DNA of 64,000 nt from Azolla caroliniana (taxonomy: Eukaryota > Plantae > Polypodiophyta), in NCBI GenBank assembly GCA_043228905.1, contig JBHGNT010000001.1, forward strand, positions 16,926,001-16,990,000, written 5' to 3'. The translations under genes were made by a program, and so were the position numbers. The notes below the pieces were generated by a model that was not told the DNA's origin, made no database searches, and was given only the letters and a program-made list of their open reading frames with translations. Positions 36,543 to 49,701 of the stretch are shown in pieces (positions within the stretch are counted from its first letter, which is position 1; every line of letters starts with the position of its first letter).

Positions 36543-38725
36543 TTTTTTCCGCCGGAATAGTAACCGACAGACAAGAGCGTTGGAATAAGAAATAATATAA
36601 GGTCATAACGCATGTAACGGTTCACGCAGGAACCGTGAATGGCTAAATAGACCCTGCGTATATAAAGAGCAAAAAAGCTCTGATAGAGGGAGCGTGTAAT
36701 TTTGGAATGTAAAGGAACGTATCATAATAGAATTATATCTTCTCTAAAATTTTGTGTATAGCTACGACTAATCTACTATATGTCTGGAATACCTGTGCGT
36801 GTAAGAACGTAAGTGTAACCATTGCTAAGGAGTCGGTTGTAGCCGCCTCCCTTATACGTTTATAGGTTACAGGGAACATTCCCCTACGCATTACGCATAG
36901 ACGCCTATTCGTTGTTCCACAACTACTTGAAGGTCTAGGTCGAAGGACTGACCGCAGACCGTGTTCCTAAGAGGTAACACTTTTGGCATGCCGGGTGATC
37001 TGTGTCTTCTCATAGACGAGCAACGACGAATGGATGTTTAGCCGCAGACACCCCAGAGAACCAACACGACAAGACCGGCGAATCACAAGGTCCGTCACAC
37101 GCTAGGTAGAAGAACACGCACGGCAAAAGCCTCGCCTCAGCGACCTCAGTACTACCTGCCGGGATTACAAAGGTGAGCCTTCACTCTCCAAATACCTTGA
37201 CGAGATGCGGGGAGTACACTCACCACAGCCACCCTATGGTCTTTCCTGACCCGCCGTAGCCCCCAGCATGGCCTTTGCCTACCCCCGCTTTAACGGCGAA
37301 ACCGACGCCACAACCCATATTTGCATGTTCCTTAATGTCTGGAATGCGAACCACATGGTGTAGAGCCTTTCGGAGGCGGTAGCACACCAGTTGAAAATGA
37401 TGAAGTTCGGGTTAACATTGGATGGGAGAGCGGCATTTTGGCATTCACAAATGGATTTACCAGCAATCACAACCTTCGATTAGCTGCAGTCCGCTTTCTT
37501 GCGGTTCATCCATCGGAGGGTTCCACAACTCGAAATCCTCAGACAATTCTACATGATTAAGCAACTGCCGACCGAGAGGATCGCAGATTTCAGCTTACGT
37601 TTCCAAAATCTACTACGGAAACTAGAACGGAGCCCCGTGGAGGACGAGGCTCGAGAAACATTTCTGGCAACATTACACCGACCCATCCGGGCAACGCTGA
37701 ACAACAATAGCGTGAAAGGGGAAACAACGGATATGGTCATTGAACGAGCGTTACAGCTCGAGTTGGACGAGGAGGAGGAAAGGCTTTCTATGTCCTCCTT
37801 ACGACCAACGTTACCATAAAACGAGGAACGCTAGTTTCGCCAAGCAATCCAATGCACGATTTGCTTGAACTCGGGGCATTCCGCAATGGACTGCAATATG
37901 CAAATCCACTGCCCAATCTGCCACTCGAAGGCTCACAAAATCGAACAATGCGAATACAATATGTTGAACAGAGCCACTCCCGCAGTCCGTAGCATGGACA
38001 CCCAACGTCCACCACGCCAGACTGAACAAAGGAGGCAAGAAGACCGACCACGGTATGTGGATCGCAACCCACGGGATGACTGGCACCACTGGAATCGCCG
38101 AAATCACAACGACTCCAAGGAAGACGAACCAGAGGACAAGGATTATCATGGACATCCGAGTTATGCTAAAGGGGGCCGGTGCTACGAGAATCACCGGCCG
38201 ACAAACAAACGGGGCGGCTTCAATGGTTATCGTGGTAAGCCGCGGCAATATCGAGATCACCGGCATTACGACGAAAGCTCGGGAGATGAGTGACACCAGG
38301 AACAATGACGGGACCAACAACAACCACCGCGTGCGTTCCGACAAACAAGGCCGGACCGCGAGGAGCAAGTAGCACCAGGGGAGCGGCACACACTACCAGG
38401 AGCTGAGAAGGGTGAATCAAGCATACATTGTTTTATTTGTCACCAACCCGGACATTATGCCACACAATGCCCATCACGCAAGGGAAAGGGGCCCGCTGTC
38501 AATACGATTACGGCGGAAGTGCAGCAAGTCACGACACGCTAGCAAACAAAAACGGTTGATTGGGTTGCACAAGACGAGATATGACGACAAGCCCATGCAT
38601 GGGTGGAAAAAGCAAATGCGACCAATACAGAGCGCATGCGGAAGGAGTCCGTGAACGCGAGGGAGCGAGCAGAGGACGAAGGACAGGTCCCGGACCACAT
38701 TTGGCAGGCATTAGCGGGCTGCGAG
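36543..38725 (+). mobile_element. 5' part of gypsy F (LTR to 36979, PBS TGGCATGCC of tRNA-Arg type, degenerate gag with several CCHC knuckles)
   Basis: The LTR is homologous to the solo LTR at 42899-43340. Gag shows FNGETDA..FGLTLDG.AAFW, CPICHSKAHKIEQC and CFICHQPGHYATQC. Confidence 0.8.
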
Positions 38726-40510
38726 GAGGGTGTATTTGCTTCGTTTAAAGAAGATTCTACAAGTGGAATGCGCAATCCTTCCACTTGTGAACGCGAACGT
38801 GTTATGAGTCTTGGTTTCAACTGTCCTTTAGAGATGGAGAAGTATGGGACCTACAGATCAAATCTTCTCAATGTGGGAGAATAAGGAGGTCAAGGGTCAA
38901 CGACAAAAGAAATCTAAGGTTGACCCTCAACTAGAGTTAAAGTCACAAGCGGCCAAGAAAATTGACTTGAAAATTGAAGAAGTGGCTAACGACATGAAGT
39001 TGTCTCTGTGGAGAGCGATGCAAGGTATTAAGGACGAGCAACTTCTTGTATCTGTTTTGTCAAGGGTTGTGGCGAAAGATTTAAGCCTTCAAGAAATGGT
39101 GACTGAGTTCAATAAGTAAGTCTTTCAAATACTGATATTGAAGTCTATATGTTGTAATTCAAAGTTCTAATCTTGATTTCTAATTTTACAGTCATAAGGT
39201 GTACATGAAGATCCAAGAAGTTATGATGAAACAACTTGGATGTATAACTTGGGAACAAGTGACTGAGGATTATCCTCTAACGTCTTCATATAAGGCGTTA
39301 TAGGAGTATTTTATTGCATTCAAGGATTGGGTTAGTATTGATGGTTTTTCATTACGCTTTCATCATATCATTTAGCCACAAAAAAGATATTACGAGAGAT
39401 CTTTACTACAATGTGGTTTGTGGCAATGTCGTCGACTTGATCCAAAAAGTGCCAAAGAAGGAATATACGCTAATGATTGCAGATATTCCTTAGGATTTCT
39501 AATGGTTGCGTCATCATACGACGATGAACCGTTTAGGTTTAAACAATTGGAGAAGATTGCCAAGGATTTCGTTGAGCTAACGACTGCATCCTTGTGGCGA
39601 ATAGTTGTCTTTCATAGTATGGACCAAGGGTACTCGGTAGCTCAAGCTTTGAGATCTCGTTGCAATGGATCGAGAACCTTGCATGGTAAGGATTATTTAT
39701 AGGTGTCATTCACTATATTGCATTTCTTAAGGTTGTTCAATCTATTCTTAACTCGATGTATTATTTTTTATAGGATAAAAACCAATGTAAATAGAGGGAC
39801 AACTTTTCGGTTCATTAATGCCATTGAATACATCACGGTTGGCTACTTCGATGAAATTAAGAAACAAAGAATCAAGGAGCATTCTAATGAAGTGGGAGGT
39901 TAAAATCTGCTGGTATGTCCAGCAGTGACACGGAAATTGCGAAATGTAACCACGATAGAGCAGGGACTTGTCAACCCATATCAAAAACCTCAACGACTTA
40001 TAATGCGCTTGATCGAGATGTTTTCTATCGAAGGAGACTGGATATTAGATCTCTTTTCTGGCACAAGTATTTCTCGAACTAGGGTAACGATCTTGAGATA
40101 ACCAATACCGAATCTTTTTTTCTTGACAACTAATTCTTTTTGTTACTTTCTTCACAGTAACGACATATGCATGTGCATTGAAGCTCTTTAGAAATACAAT
40201 TGCATTGGAGAAGGATTAGGAGCAGGTTATATTTATAAATATGAGGATTAAGGCTTTGTGGGAGTGCCCAGACCAGGATGAGGAGGTCGGTGCAAAGAAC
40301 CTCGCTAATACAGAAAGGTTTCAACCTGCTTCGCGAGAGCCTATTCCTCCGTTAGCCGGTGAACCGGGGGAGCTAATAGAGCTTGATGATGAGCTTATAG
40401 AAGATATTTCGTTGGCTCGGCTAACAGGGGAAGCCAATGCATGTATAGCCGAAGAGAGTTCTACACAATATGATGAAGAAAATGACATTGATGAATTGAT
40501 TGCTATGTAA
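38726..40510 (+). pseudogene. Intron-containing beta-class DNA amino-methyltransferase (N6_N4_Mtase-like) pseudogene
   Basis: Motif IV YTLMIADIP(Y)G at 39464-39495; W|IKTN...F.NAIEYITVGY; NPYQKP at 39973-39990; LIEMFS.EGDWILDLFSGT|xTT (motif I); ALKLFRNTIALEKD. GT-AG introns at 39116-39191, 39686-39773 and 40067-40157. Stops at 39301, 39901 and 40217, plus frameshifts. Confidence 0.85.
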
Positions 40511-40927
40511 TAGACTCTATGAAGAAAATGACACTGACGATTTGTTTGGATTTCACATTATTAATACAAATTTTGGGTTTTACTTGGTGGATTCTATTCT
40601 TTATAATCTTCTATATGTTTCAATTTTATTTTTATATACTTGGTTAGTAGACTTTCACCGTGTGCATAACTGACTACCAAATTTATGGAGAAACATGAAT
40701 TAGTTTAAATTGAGGCTGATTTTGGTCCAAGCTAACCTTAACATAACATGGTCGTACAATTGTTGCCATGACTGTCCATGTTGTTATTATGGATCTTTGT
40801 CTTCTATTGTTAAAACTATTATGTTTCTATTCCATTGCTGCTTAGATTGTGTAGTGTGTTGATAATGGTTCCACTAGCGTTATCCGCATGTTTTTATATG
40901 CTTGTAGTTCCAGTTGTGTTATCGTTC

Positions 40928-41206
40928 GGAGTTTGATCCTGTGTGAATCACCTAAGCAATAGAGTAGATCAATTTTAAATATAGGTATGAAAGCCTTAAT
41001 AGGTTTGTTATTTCCACCACATTATCCTAAAGTTCACTGCCTTACATTGTCCACAATTATATACATATGGTTTGATCCCATACAAACAAACTGAGGAATA
41101 GATTAGATCAACTTTAAATACAAGTATTGAATACTTTAATAAGTTAGTTATTCCAATCACATTATCCTAAAGTGCACTATCCTACATTGTCCACAATTAT
41201 ATACAT
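40928..41206 (+). repeat. Diverged ~139-bp tandem duplication in AT-rich DNA
   Basis: CACATTATCCTAAAGT..TACATTGTCCACAATTATATACAT occurs twice. Confidence 0.8.
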
Positions 41207-41507
41207 GCACGTATGGGTCAAAGTATAAATTATAACTCATTTTATTAGTATGGATACAAGTACACCTCATATTTTTGTAAAACTTACCAAATTAATATAA
41301 GTCTTTAACTTAGTGTTTCCCTTGTCGCACATTAGTGACATATTGAGCCATTGTTGAACTTTATTATGCCTACATTAACTTATCAACACGTCCAAACTTG
41401 CATGATTTCTAATGATCTCCACTCGTAGACCTATCATGTATTTTTATATTTGCAAATTCTAATCAAGTTGAGGAACATGTGATACTAGTGCATCCAATTT
41501 TTGTAGA

Positions 41508-41586
41508 GAGGGTGTATTTGGATAGTTTCAAGAAGATTCTACAAGTGGAATGCACAATCCGTCCACTTGTGAATGCAAACGTGTTA
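41508..41586 (+). pseudogene. Second, diverged fragment of the methyltransferase-gene upstream exon
   Basis: Aligns to 38726-38805 (GAGGGTGTATTTG..AAGAAGATTCTACAAGTGGAATGC..TCCACTTGTGAA). Confidence 0.75.
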
Positions 41587-41589
41587 GGC

Positions 41590-42212
41590 AACTGATTCGG
41601 CCCGGATGTTGGATTTGGAGACGCCGAATCAATTGAAGGCCAAGCCGAAGAAAGGGCAGTAGAAGAGGCGCCAACACCATGACAACAAGGGAGCTGGAAA
41701 AGGCCACACGAGTAGACAAGCCGACCGTAAGGGTCGAGACGCACAGAATCGAACGGGTCGATGACCGCGAGCGAGGCATAAAGTCAAGAGAAACCGGAGC
41801 ATTGGACCGAAAGAGCCTCAAGTTGAGCTTGAGGGGGAGCGTTGAGTTACAAGCTCAACATTGGCCGAATCGGTGCGTAAACTGGTGTGTAAACCGGTGC
41901 GGATACCTGGAGGCTAGTGAACAGATATTCCGCGAGGGAATATATTTGGGAGTTACTGTAGGAGCTCATTTTTGAGCATTGAAGTACATTTCAGTACTTC
42001 TGTCAGTCTGTATGGACTTGTAGAAAAGTGCTCCTGAGCACGTCCTATGTACAGAGTTCTACACATGGTTTTGAATTTAGTTTTTATGTGTGTTCATTCG
42101 CTCTTTGTGTCTCTTGCGTACATTATGTCTTAAGCTCTCCATTAAACGTATTTTTCTCTATCGGTATTCTGTGTTTCATGTAGCTTCGGCATGTTACATT
42201 TCACACATTACA
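41590..42212 (+). mobile_element. 3' region, PPT and 3' LTR (41840-42212) of a copia of the C/E family
   Basis: CTCAAGTTGAGCTTGAGGGGGAG, then an LTR similar to those at 31815 and 33697. Confidence 0.75.
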
Positions 42213-42382
42213 TGGCTATGATCCTAGTCTACTACGCACACTATTCTCTTAGTAATCAGTGTCAGTCTAGCTCGCATCAAAGTACTTCTCGGTCCTTTTA
42301 AGGACTTGTATAAAAAGTTCTCTCTAGCACATGTGTATGTACAGAGTTTATAAAGTTTTTTTGAAATCGAGTTTATGTTTTG

Positions 42383-42431
<49 letters not shown>

Positions 42432-42898
42432 GTTCTCTGTGTATTTTCAAGCTTTCCATTAACCCTTCATTCTATTTTTTATTGCTATTCGGTTGAGCCG
42501 GTTGTGTCTACAAGCTTCTGCACACTACTCATTTCATGGTATCAAAGCGCGAGGGTTGAGAATCTTCTGCTGGTACCAAATACTGAACTCACACAATCCC
42601 TAACACCCAAAAAGCATAGAAAAGGTTGTTAGGATTTCGGTCCCTCCAGATGGGATATGATTACCCGGCAAGGAAGACCCGGTGAGAACCGGATGATATG
42701 ATTACCCGGCAAGCAAGACCCGGTGAGAACCGGATGATGAGTACCCGACAAGGAAAACCCGGTGAGAACCGGATGGTGTAGGCCCAGTGAGAACCTCTCA
42801 CTGGATGAAGGGAAATATAGGTAAACATGTTTCTGAGAGCCCATTGGGGCTATATTTGTAAATAGTCCTAATGTCATATTAGTATAAATATGACCTAG

Positions 42899-43340
42899 TG
42901 TTGCCGTTTAGGAATACGGTCTGCGGTCAGTCCTTCGACCTAGACCTCAAAGTGGGTGTGGAACAACGAACATGTGTTTAAGCGTAATGCGTAAGGGAAG
43001 AACCCTTGAAACCTATCAGTGTATAAGGGAAGATGGCTACAACTGAATCCCTATCAAGGGTTATACATATGTACTACAACGCTTAAGTATTCAAGACACC
43101 CACATTGAACTAGCCGTAGCTATACACAGAAAATCAGAGAAGATCGAATTCTATTATCAGGCATTTCTTTACATTCCCCCAAAATTACACGCACCTCCCT
43201 CAGAGGTTTCCTGCCCTTTATATATGCAGGTTCTAATTAGCCGTTCACGCTTCCTGCGTGAACCGTTACATGCGTTATGCTCTTATATAATTTCTTATTC
43301 CTACGCTTTTATCCGTCGGTTGCTATTCTGGCGGACAACA
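42899..43340 (-). mobile_element. Solo LTR of gypsy family F, TSD CCTAG, inserted just downstream of the TATA box of LTR G
   Basis: TGTTG...CAACA flanked by CCTAG; reverse complement resembles 36543-36979. Confidence 0.92.
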
Positions 43341-46300
43341 CCTAGGGAAAACACTATAGGTCGTGTGTTGTTGTCATTATTTGTTCTATAGAGTTATTGA
43401 CTGTAAATGCTGTACAGAGTGAAAAGACATACAAAGAGAGAGAGACACACACAGAGCAAGTCTCTGTTGTAACCGTTGTCAGGCAAAGATTGTGAGCAAG
43501 AAGCTGTTGCCTCTGTGTTCACCTATTGTATTCCTCTCGACATAGTGATGTTGGAGTTTGTGGACTCCCGTGGTTTTTCCCATTTAGGGTTTTCCACGTA
43601 AACATATTGTCTACCCTCTCTCATATTGTTTGTGTGTACATGTATTCATCACCATTCCCATTCTCGGTGTTCGATTCAAAACGACACGATCTGAGACTCG
43701 GTTGTGGCCGAGTAATTTTCCGCATATTTCGCGTCAATTTGGTATCAAAGCAAAACGACACAGAAAATGGAAGATTCATTTGGCGGCATGTTCAAGCTTA
43801 CCGGATCCAACTACTCAGTGTGGAAGTCGAAGATGAGGGAAATGCTTGTGGTTAAAGATCTTTGGTTGCCGGTTCAGTTCGGGGACAAGAGACCGGACAA
43901 GATCGATGCCACGATATGGGAGGTGATGCACATGAAGACAACGGCTTACATACAATGCTTCATCGACATGAGCCTATACAACAACTTCAATGAAGAGAGC
44001 AAGGCTCATGAGCTCTGGGAGAAGATCGGCATTATGTTCCAAAACAAAAATGTCGTTAATCGAGTTTCGATATTCCAGAAGCTAGTAAGACTGTGATACC
44101 AAGATGGCTCTAGTATGACAGAGCACATGAATGCCATCCAGGGGCTAATACACTAGGCAACATCATTGGAAGTACCTCTCGCTGATAATGTACTAGCATT
44201 ACTCCTGCTCGGTTCCCTCCTGGATAACTGGGAGACGTTAGTTGTCACTTTGGGCAACGTCGGGCCGGAAGGAAAACAACTATCCCTAGCAAGAGTCAAG
44301 TCAAGCTTGCTAGATAAGGAAGCATGTCGGAAAGACAAGGGGGTGATCTCCAACCCCAAAGCGCTCCTTACTGGATCAGAACGTGGAAGACAAAGAAAAC
44401 GGAGTCCCCAGAACCGGGAAAAGTCGGGGACACAGTCAAAGTCAAGGGGGCGGCTACTTGCTTCTATTGCGGCAAGCTGAGACACTTCCTGAAGAACTCT
44501 CGGCATTTCCAGAAAGACAAAAAAACTGACAGTACTGATTCGAAGCGATCACCGGACCGGAACGGTAAAGACCGGAGGGGACTGGATTGGAAGGGAACGA
44601 CGACGATCGCGGCAAGTGAAGAAGAGTTGATGCTCACCACCGAGGAGAATGAGTTGAACCTTGCAGGCAATGAGACAACGTGGGTTGTCGATTCTGGAGC
44701 GTCGTTCCACCTGACCCTGGACCGGAAATGCTTCTCATCCTACATAGCCGGTGAGCACAACTGTGTCCGGATGGGGAATGAAGGTACATGCTGAATTGTC
44801 GGCATAGGAGATGTGTGGTTGACAACAACAACCGGATGCAAGCTACTGCAAAAGGATGTTCGACACATTCCGAAGGTTCGACTAAACCTAATATTAGTCG
44901 GTCGGCTAGACGATGAAGGCTACATTTGGTAGCATCCGGAACGGAGTCATGAAGTTCAGCAAAGGGAGCCTAGCCTAATATTGGCTCGGACCCGGAAAGT
45001 CAACACGTTGTACCTAATGAATGCTTGGTTATGCCAGGAAGAAGTGAACGTTGCATCCGACACTACCGGTGAGCTGGGGCATAAGAGACCGTGTCACATG
45101 AGCGAGAAGGGGATGAAGAGGATAACAACCTCATTCCAGTGAAAGACATGCCTCTTGAGAAGTGCACCGACTGCCTAGCCGGTAAGCAAAACCGGACCTC
45201 CTTCCGCTCAAGGCCACCAATGAGACGTAATGCACCACTGGAGTTGGTGCATACCAATGTGTGTCAAGTGGACACGAAGTCACATGCCGGATCATAGTAC
45301 TTCGTGACGTTCATAGATGACCACAGCCGGAAGTTGTGGGTCTCGCCGTTGAAGACAAAGGATCAAGTGTTATCCATCTTCAAGGAGCTCCACACAAGAG
45401 TGGAAATAGAAACCAGTCGGAAGCTGAAGGGGGTTCGAGCAGATAACGGAGGAGAATACCGGGGGCAGTTTGAGGAGTACTGCCGCTCGAAGGGAATCCG
45501 GCTTGAATTTACCGTGCCAAAGATGCCAAAACTCAATGGGCTGGCCTAGAGGATAAACCGGACCATAATGGAGAGGCTCTGGAGTATGTTAGCACATGCA
45601 AAGTTACCCAAGACGTTTTGGGTTGAGGCGTTGACGACAACAACGTACGTGATAAAAAAATCACCCTCAACCCTTGGACGGAGACATGCCACAGAGAGTA
45701 TGGATCGGTAAGGAAGTGTCTTACCAGCATCTGAAGGTGTTTGGGTGTCTCGCTTACGTGCATGTGGCAAAGGACCGGAGAGCAAAGTTGGATCCAAAGT
45801 CTTGGCCTTGCATATTCCTCGGATACGGCGATGATGAGTTTGGTTATCGAGTGTGGGACCCCATCAACAAGAAGGTGTTTCGGAGTGGAGATATTATCTT
45901 CATGGAGGACAAGACTCTTGCCGACTGAGAGTCGGAGAAGAAGATAATGAACTCTGAGTCGATCGAAAAGGACCGATTCGATGAGATACGGACCTACCCG
46001 GCTAAGATCCGGTTGACACTCAAAGAACAGGCCGGTTACGGAGAGGACACCAAACCAGCAGAAGAAGAAGAGAAAGCAGGAACTAGAACCGGCCAAGATC
46101 TCGAATCGGATTCGGATGAAGAACAAACAGAGGAGCCGGTTGCCGGAAACCAAAGACGCAGATATCCTCTGAGAGAGAGGAGGGCCCCCCAGAGATTTCC
46201 AGATGCAGAGCGCGTGTTGCTAACCGATAAGGGGGAGCCGGAAAGCTTCGAAGAAGCAAAGGTCGACACCCACATCCGCAAGTGGTTGAGTGCCATGTAG

Positions 46301-46895
46301 GACGAGATGGATTCCCTGCATGAGAACCACACGTATGAATTGGTGGAGTTGTCGAAAGGAAAGTGGGCACTCTGGAATAAGTGGGTGTATAAGTTCAAAC
46401 CGGGAGATGCCGGCAACCCCCCAAGGTACAAAGCCAGGATTGTGGTGAAGGTGTTCCAACAGAAGAAGGGAGTGGACTTTGACGAGATATTTACCCCGGT
46501 AGTAAAGATGACTTCCATCCGGACGGTGCTGAGCATTGCGGCAAGCATGGACCTCGAGGTAGAGTAGTTAGACATGAAGATGGCGTTCCTCCACGGCAAC
46601 CTCGAAGAGGAGATCTACATGCAGTAACCAAAGGGATTTGTGAAGAAAGGGAAGGAGCACCTAATTTTCCGGTTGAAGAAGAGCCTCAACGGTTTAAAGA
46701 AGGCTCCCCGGCAATGGTACCGGAAGTTTGACTCCTTCATGAAGGATCAAGAATACCACAAGACACAGGCTGATCACTGCGTGTTTGTGAAGAAGTTTGA
46801 AGGTGGAGACTTCCTGATACTCGTCATGTACGTGGACGACATGTTGATCGTTGGACGAGACCAATTCAAGATACGGACGCTGAAGAAGGCTCTGA

Positions 46896-48055
46896 AGTGA
46901 AAATCATATAAAACATCCGAAATCAAGTATGAATCATATAAAACAATAATAGTGAAAATACTATTTTAAATAATTTTCGTATCTTAGTACAAAAAGATGG
47001 AGGTCTTCAAGAGCTTTCGAATGCACTTTTCTACATAAGAAACAGACATCTAAGTCTCAAGTTATGAGGGTAGGAAGTTTGCAAAGGAAAAAAGAAAGAT
47101 AAAACTGTGAGAGATCCCACATAAACAAGACAAATAAAGATCTTACCATATATAACGCAGAGCAAAAGCTATTATCTTTATGTATATATGTGGAGCATAA
47201 AGAGTTCAAGGTGACTTGAACTAAGTTAATTGGTTGAGTGGGTGTGGCCTAGCTACTTGTAAAAGTTTTTGGCCAACCAAAACCGGCAGCAACCGGCGAC
47301 GAAGCTGGCGAGCCGGCGGCAACCGGCTCCGTTGCCCAATGCCGTCGGTCACCGGCTCCATCCCCGGTTGCCGCCGGCTCGCCGGACCAGCAAGCGGATG
47401 CAAATCGGACGGATTGGTCAGGCCGGTTGATCGCGGTGCATGGTGTCTTAAAGATATTTGGTCCAAAAGCCTAATAGTATTTTGTGCATAAAAGAAAAAG
47501 ATGTAAGCAAGGCTCGAACTTAACACCTCCAAGATAGGAAGCAATAGGCTCACCATTAAGCCAAACCATTTCTTTAGGGATTATATTTTTATCATTATAG
47601 CTTTACATGTAAATTCTTATATTAGAGCTTGATTCAGTGACATGTGATGCATGAGCGCGAAATGGCAAACATGCATCCCATGCATTCCATGCATTGTATG
47701 CATGTCTTGTACCCTCACATGCACCATATGCATGGGAGCAACTCTAAAAGAGTGGATGAAAAATATCAAAGGGGATGGTATCAAAAGAGCATTTGTACTT
47801 TATATCAAAATTAATATTAAGAAGAAAATTCGTTATCCAATTGATGTATTAATCTTGTTCTTCAAATCTAAAGTCAAGAGTTGAATCTTAATCTCTCTCT
47901 CAATCTAAAGTCAATCGTTTTATCTTATCTCAATCTCTCTCTTTCAATCTATCTTAAATCCTTTCTCGCTAAAGCTAGTGCAAACTTCGAGTCCTTCCGG
48001 TCCAGAACCCCAGCGGTTCCGCCTCACGATCCGCACGTAGTGACGGATCTTCACA
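46896..48055. mobile_element. ~1.16-kb non-coding insertion (probable solo LTR of another family) replacing part of the RT of G
   Basis: Imperfect inverted ends GTGAAAATC / GATCTTCAC. The host MKDLG..ILGM segment is missing and there is no clear TSD. Confidence 0.55.
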
Positions 48056-49178
48056 AAAACGTGACAACAGTGCTTTAGCGGTTCAACATGTCAGATGCAA
48101 AACCAGTCGAATCGACACTCCCGGCAAACTGTACGTTATCCGGTAAGCAAAGCCCGAAAATGATGGCAAAGAAGGCGGATATGATGAAGATACCATATGC
48201 CTCTGCCGTCGGGAGCTTAATGTACGCAATGGTGTGTACCCGATTGGATATCGGATACGCAGTTGGAGTGGTGAGCCGGTTTATGAGCAATCCTGGCAAG
48301 GAGCACTGGAATGCGGTAAAATGGAACCTCAAGTATGTGTCTCCGATTTGGCTCCGGTAAAACCCAACTTGACGGTTTCACCGATTCGGATATGTCGGTT
48401 GATGCGGACACTAGCCGGTCAACTTCCGGATATGTCATGACCTATGAAGGGGGAGTCGTTTTGTGGCAGTCGAGGCTGCAGAAGGCGGTTGCATTGTCAA
48501 CCACGGAGGTAGAGTACATGGCAGCCGTGAAAGCTGGCAAGGAAATATTATGGAGAGCTAGGGATCTGGAAAGAGGAATACCGGTTCTACTGCGACAGTC
48601 AAAGTGCCATCCACCTTGCAAAAAACACGGCATACCATTCCAGAACGAAACACATCCAGCGCAGGTACCATTGGATCCGGGAGCGAGTAGAAGATCGAGA
48701 GTTCGTGCTAACGAAGATCCACACGGAAGAGAATGGGTCGGATATGCCAACAAAGGTGCTAACACCCGACAAGTTGGACGCATGCTGGAAGTGGATCGGA
48801 CTGACGAGGCATCCCATGCCGGAGTGAAGGGGGAGTTTGTTAGGATTTCGGTCCCTACAGATGGGATATGATTACCCAGCAAGGAAGACCCAGTGAGAAC
48901 CAGATGATATGATTACCCGGCAAGGAAGACCCGGTGAGAACAAGATGATGAGTACCCGGTGAGAACTGGATGATACAAGCCCGATGAGAACCTCTCACCG
49001 GATGAAGGGACATATAGGTAAATATGCTTCTGAGAGCCCATTGGGGCTATATTTATAAATAGTCCTAATGTCATATTAGTATAAATATGACCTAGGGCAA
49101 ACACTATAGGTCGTGTGTTGTTGTCATTATTTGTTGTATAGAGTTATTGATTGTAACTGTTGTACAGAGTGAAAAGAG

Positions 49179-49231
<53 letters not shown>

Positions 49232-49701
49232 CAGAGCGAATCTTTGTTGTAACCGCCGCCATGCAAAGATTGTGAGCAAGAGGTTGTTGCCTCTGTGTTC
49301 ACCTATTGTATTCCTCTCGACATAGTGATAGTTGGAGTTGGTGGACTCCTGTGGTTTTTCCCATTTAGGGTTTTCCACGTAAACATATTATGTACCCTCT
49401 CTCATATTCTCTGTGTGTAGGTGTATTCATCACCATTCCCATTCTCGGTGTTCGATTTGAAACGACACGATCTGAAACTTGGTTGTGGCCGAGTAATATT
49501 CCGCATATTTCGCGTCAAAGGAAAGGAGAGAAATGGATAGAGGAATGGCAAGCTCACTTCTGACAGAGACGCTTGATCGAAGCAAGTACACATCTTGGTC
49601 CTACAAGATGCACCAATACCTATTGGGGCACGGATACTGGAGTTTGTCGAAGGAGCGAACGAAGTAACGCCGGATTCGACACAGAAGGATTTCCCAGCTT
49701 G

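Larger units (their letters stand above)
42627..49517 (+). mobile_element. Full-length but degenerate Ty1/copia G (Tnt1/Tork-like); LTRs 42627-43736 and 48838-49517, PBS 43740-43751, TSD AAGGT/AAGGA
   Basis: Paired LTRs TGTTAGG...CGCGTCA; gag-PR-INT-RT-RH fragments closely related to element I; many stops. Confidence 0.92.

Noticed and set aside
38726-40510. Bacterial contamination as the source of the methyltransferase
   Set aside because: It has phase-compatible spliceosomal introns, shows decay, and is embedded between plant retroelements.
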